This document shows, piece after piece, positions 61,809 to 64,000 of a stretch of DNA of 64,000 bases. The stretch comes from Heteronotia binoei. Its lineage: Eukaryota. Numbering within the stretch: position 1 is the first letter of the stretch; each line of letters begins with the position of its first letter. Under the pieces are notes generated by a model. The model was not told where the DNA came from, made no database searches, and saw nothing but the letters and a program-made list of their open reading frames with translations. A program made the position numbers and the translations under genes. The stretch is from NCBI RefSeq assembly GCF_032191835.1, contig NC_083232.1, forward strand, positions 69,688,001 through 69,752,000, given 5' to 3'.

Positions 61809-62466
61809 CCTCCTTACAAGGAAGGGAAACCTAATCAATCCAGCTCAATAAATAAATAATAAAATGTTCGTGGATTAGTGATTTTTCTGGGCTTCTTTTG
61901 AAAAAGCTGTTTAAGCACGGACTTACATTGGGTCTTCAGGGCACAGGAGTGGCATGTTTCCGGGCAACTGTAGAGAACATGTTTCTGCATGCCTTTATTG
62001 GATAGCTGCAGATGGAAAAATGAAAAAGGGTACTCCTGGAAGACTTCGCAAAGGGAACAGGGCCAGACTCGACGGTATGCAGAGCCGAAGTTGCCTGGGC
62101 TTCCACTTCATGGGAACCAGCCAACAACAGCATTTCAGAAACGAGAGGCGTGTTGACAAAATCTCAATCTGTAGCTGAATTTCCCTATTGGAACAGCTGC
62201 CTTCTGGAGCAAGGAATAAAATAAATACAACCAATTCTCAAGTACAAATTCATTTATGTATGCAGGACCACACAAGACCATTTGTTTCCAAAAGCTTACT
62301 AAAGAATTGCTAAAAATGAAGTTGGCTCAGCAGCTACTCATTTTCGATTATCAAAACATGTACAGAGCAAGCCATGTTAATATACATCTCCATTGTACAT
62401 ACATATAAAAATGTATCACACATACATCTTGATTTGTTGCCATGCCAGCCTGTTGAAAGTACTAAC

Positions 62467-62506
62467 CTGTTTGTTCACAGGGTTGGCGGGACAGGGCCGT
62501 AAACAT
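62467..62506 (-). CDS. ENTPD3: NTPDase3 first coding exon (MFTALSRQPCEQT-G); exon 62467-62519 including 13 nt of 5'UTR
   Basis: 40 coding nt, resembling human MFTVLTRQPCEQAG; GTTAGT donor; acceptor with pyrimidine tract at 62521-62520. A non-coding exon 1 was not located and may lie beyond the window. Confidence 0.93.
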
Positions 62507-63556
62507 CTCCTTGTTCAAACTACACAGTAGGAGAAATACACATTCAGCATCAGACTAGTTGAGGAAAACAATATGACAGTCACAATGAAATGGTTTCAGA
62601 CCATCAAGTATTCTTTACCCTGTAAAGAAAAAGCTCAGGACAAAAACCTTTTTCCAGAGAAGGGAAGAAGGCTTTTTGAAATTCAAGATTTGGAAAAAGA
62701 ACACATGAACACACAAAGCTGTCTTTGTGTGTTACTGAGTTAAATGATTGGTCCATCAAGGTCTACTTGGATGGGGAGCAACTCGCTTGGGTCTCAAATA
62801 GATCTTTCACATCACATACTATCTTTAACTGAAGATGCCAGGGACTGAACCAGAAAGGCATAGCTGTTGAACTGTCCAGACCACAGGGCAGAGGGATCCA
62901 ATTCTCAGCCAGCAGAGACACAGGGCACAGCAAGAGGAGAACTTCCTTAAAGATCACAACAAAACAGGAGTCCAGGAGCACCTTAAAGCCTGATTTCCAG
63001 ACTGCAGTTTTATTTTGCTGTTACAGGTTAACGCAGCTGCCCATCTGGAACAACAGATCAAAGCAACCCCCTCCAACAACAAAGGGCCAATTACATTTTG
63101 TACTCAGATATGGATGGATGGGTACAAAATGCATGCTGTGTTCATCAGCTGGGACATTCACATACAATCCAATTTGTGCTCTTTAGGAAGACTCCCATGT
63201 GGGGGGCAGGAGGGTCCAATCACCACTTCCTTATATTTAAAGATACAGATTTAGTACAGGCATGCCTTTCAGACTTGGTAAGAGATCCACATGTTCTGTA
63301 CCTAAGGTACTTCAGAACAAAATGTGAAGTGGGAATTAGCCCTCATTTGCCTGAGGCAGAATAAGGAGGAAAGCAGGGGCAATTGGGCTGCAGCAGGTGA
63401 ATTCCACAGCTTACTGTGTGGGTAAACAGGACAGAAGAAACAGAGAGATGCTTATGTTGGATGTCTGTGTGTGTGTTCACAGGTCTGGCAATTGTCTATA
63501 CAGAAACTAATTGCATTGTCCAAGTTTGTGTGTAGCAAAGACAACTGTCAGATCCT

Positions 63557-63738
63557 GGTGGTGGTGGTGGCAAATGCCATGAAGACACAGATGACTTATG
63601 GCACCCCGTGGGGTTTTCAAGGCAAGAGATGGTTTGCAATTGCCTGGTTCCATGTCATGACCCTGGTATTCCTCAAAGATGTCCCATCCAAATACTAGCC
63701 AGGGCTGACCCCGCTTAGCTTCTGAGACTGAGCTAGCC
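63557..63738 (-). mobile_element. 5S rRNA-derived SINE (degenerate)
   Basis: Reverse complement agaagctaagcggggtcagccctggctagtatttggatgggac; tail shared with the 48111 copy. Confidence 0.72.
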
Positions 63739-64000
63739 AGGGGTCTCTAGGACAGGGCTCTCAGATCCTAATTGGGCATATGATGGGAGCCCACTAGATG
63801 AGAGAGAGAGCATGTGAAAGGGAGAAGCATGTCCAGAAATGTCCATGCCTATCTGAAACAGAAAGCTTTGCATATATATATATGTGTGTGTGTGTGTGAA
63901 TTTACATAGAAAAGCATCTGTGTTGTGTTTGTGTGAGAAAAAGCACATGAGTATGCATCACATTCTACATCAGGGGTGTTCCGAGGGCTGGCCAGAAAGA

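Overview
Squamate reptile genomic DNA, most likely a gecko, judged from the Sauria, Squam-like and 5S-derived SINE repertoire. Two intact, syntenic protein-coding genes lie on the minus strand and were reconstructed exon by exon. ENTPD3 (NTPDase3) has 10 coding exons from 62506 to 37423 and encodes 527 aa. RPL14 has 6 coding exons from 29844 to 23840, encodes 141 aa, and has a TCT/5'TOP promoter in a CpG island. A third, unidentified minus-strand gene probably starts at the CpG island on the left edge (ATG at 189). The rest is a dense transposon landscape: a near full-length L2 LINE (about 13925-18480), CR1, L1 and L2 fragments, a solo LTR with a 5-bp TSD, Sauria, Squam3-like, CORE-type and 5S rRNA-derived SINEs, several hAT-like MITE families with 8-bp TSDs, and Penelope-like pseudo-LTR remnants. 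The most interesting hidden signals are minimal hammerhead ribozyme motifs in the Penelope-like remnants (one about 570 bp upstream of, and antisense to, the RPL14 TSS) and a candidate alternative in-frame first coding exon for ENTPD3. TE family names are assigned from recalled consensus features, not from database searches.
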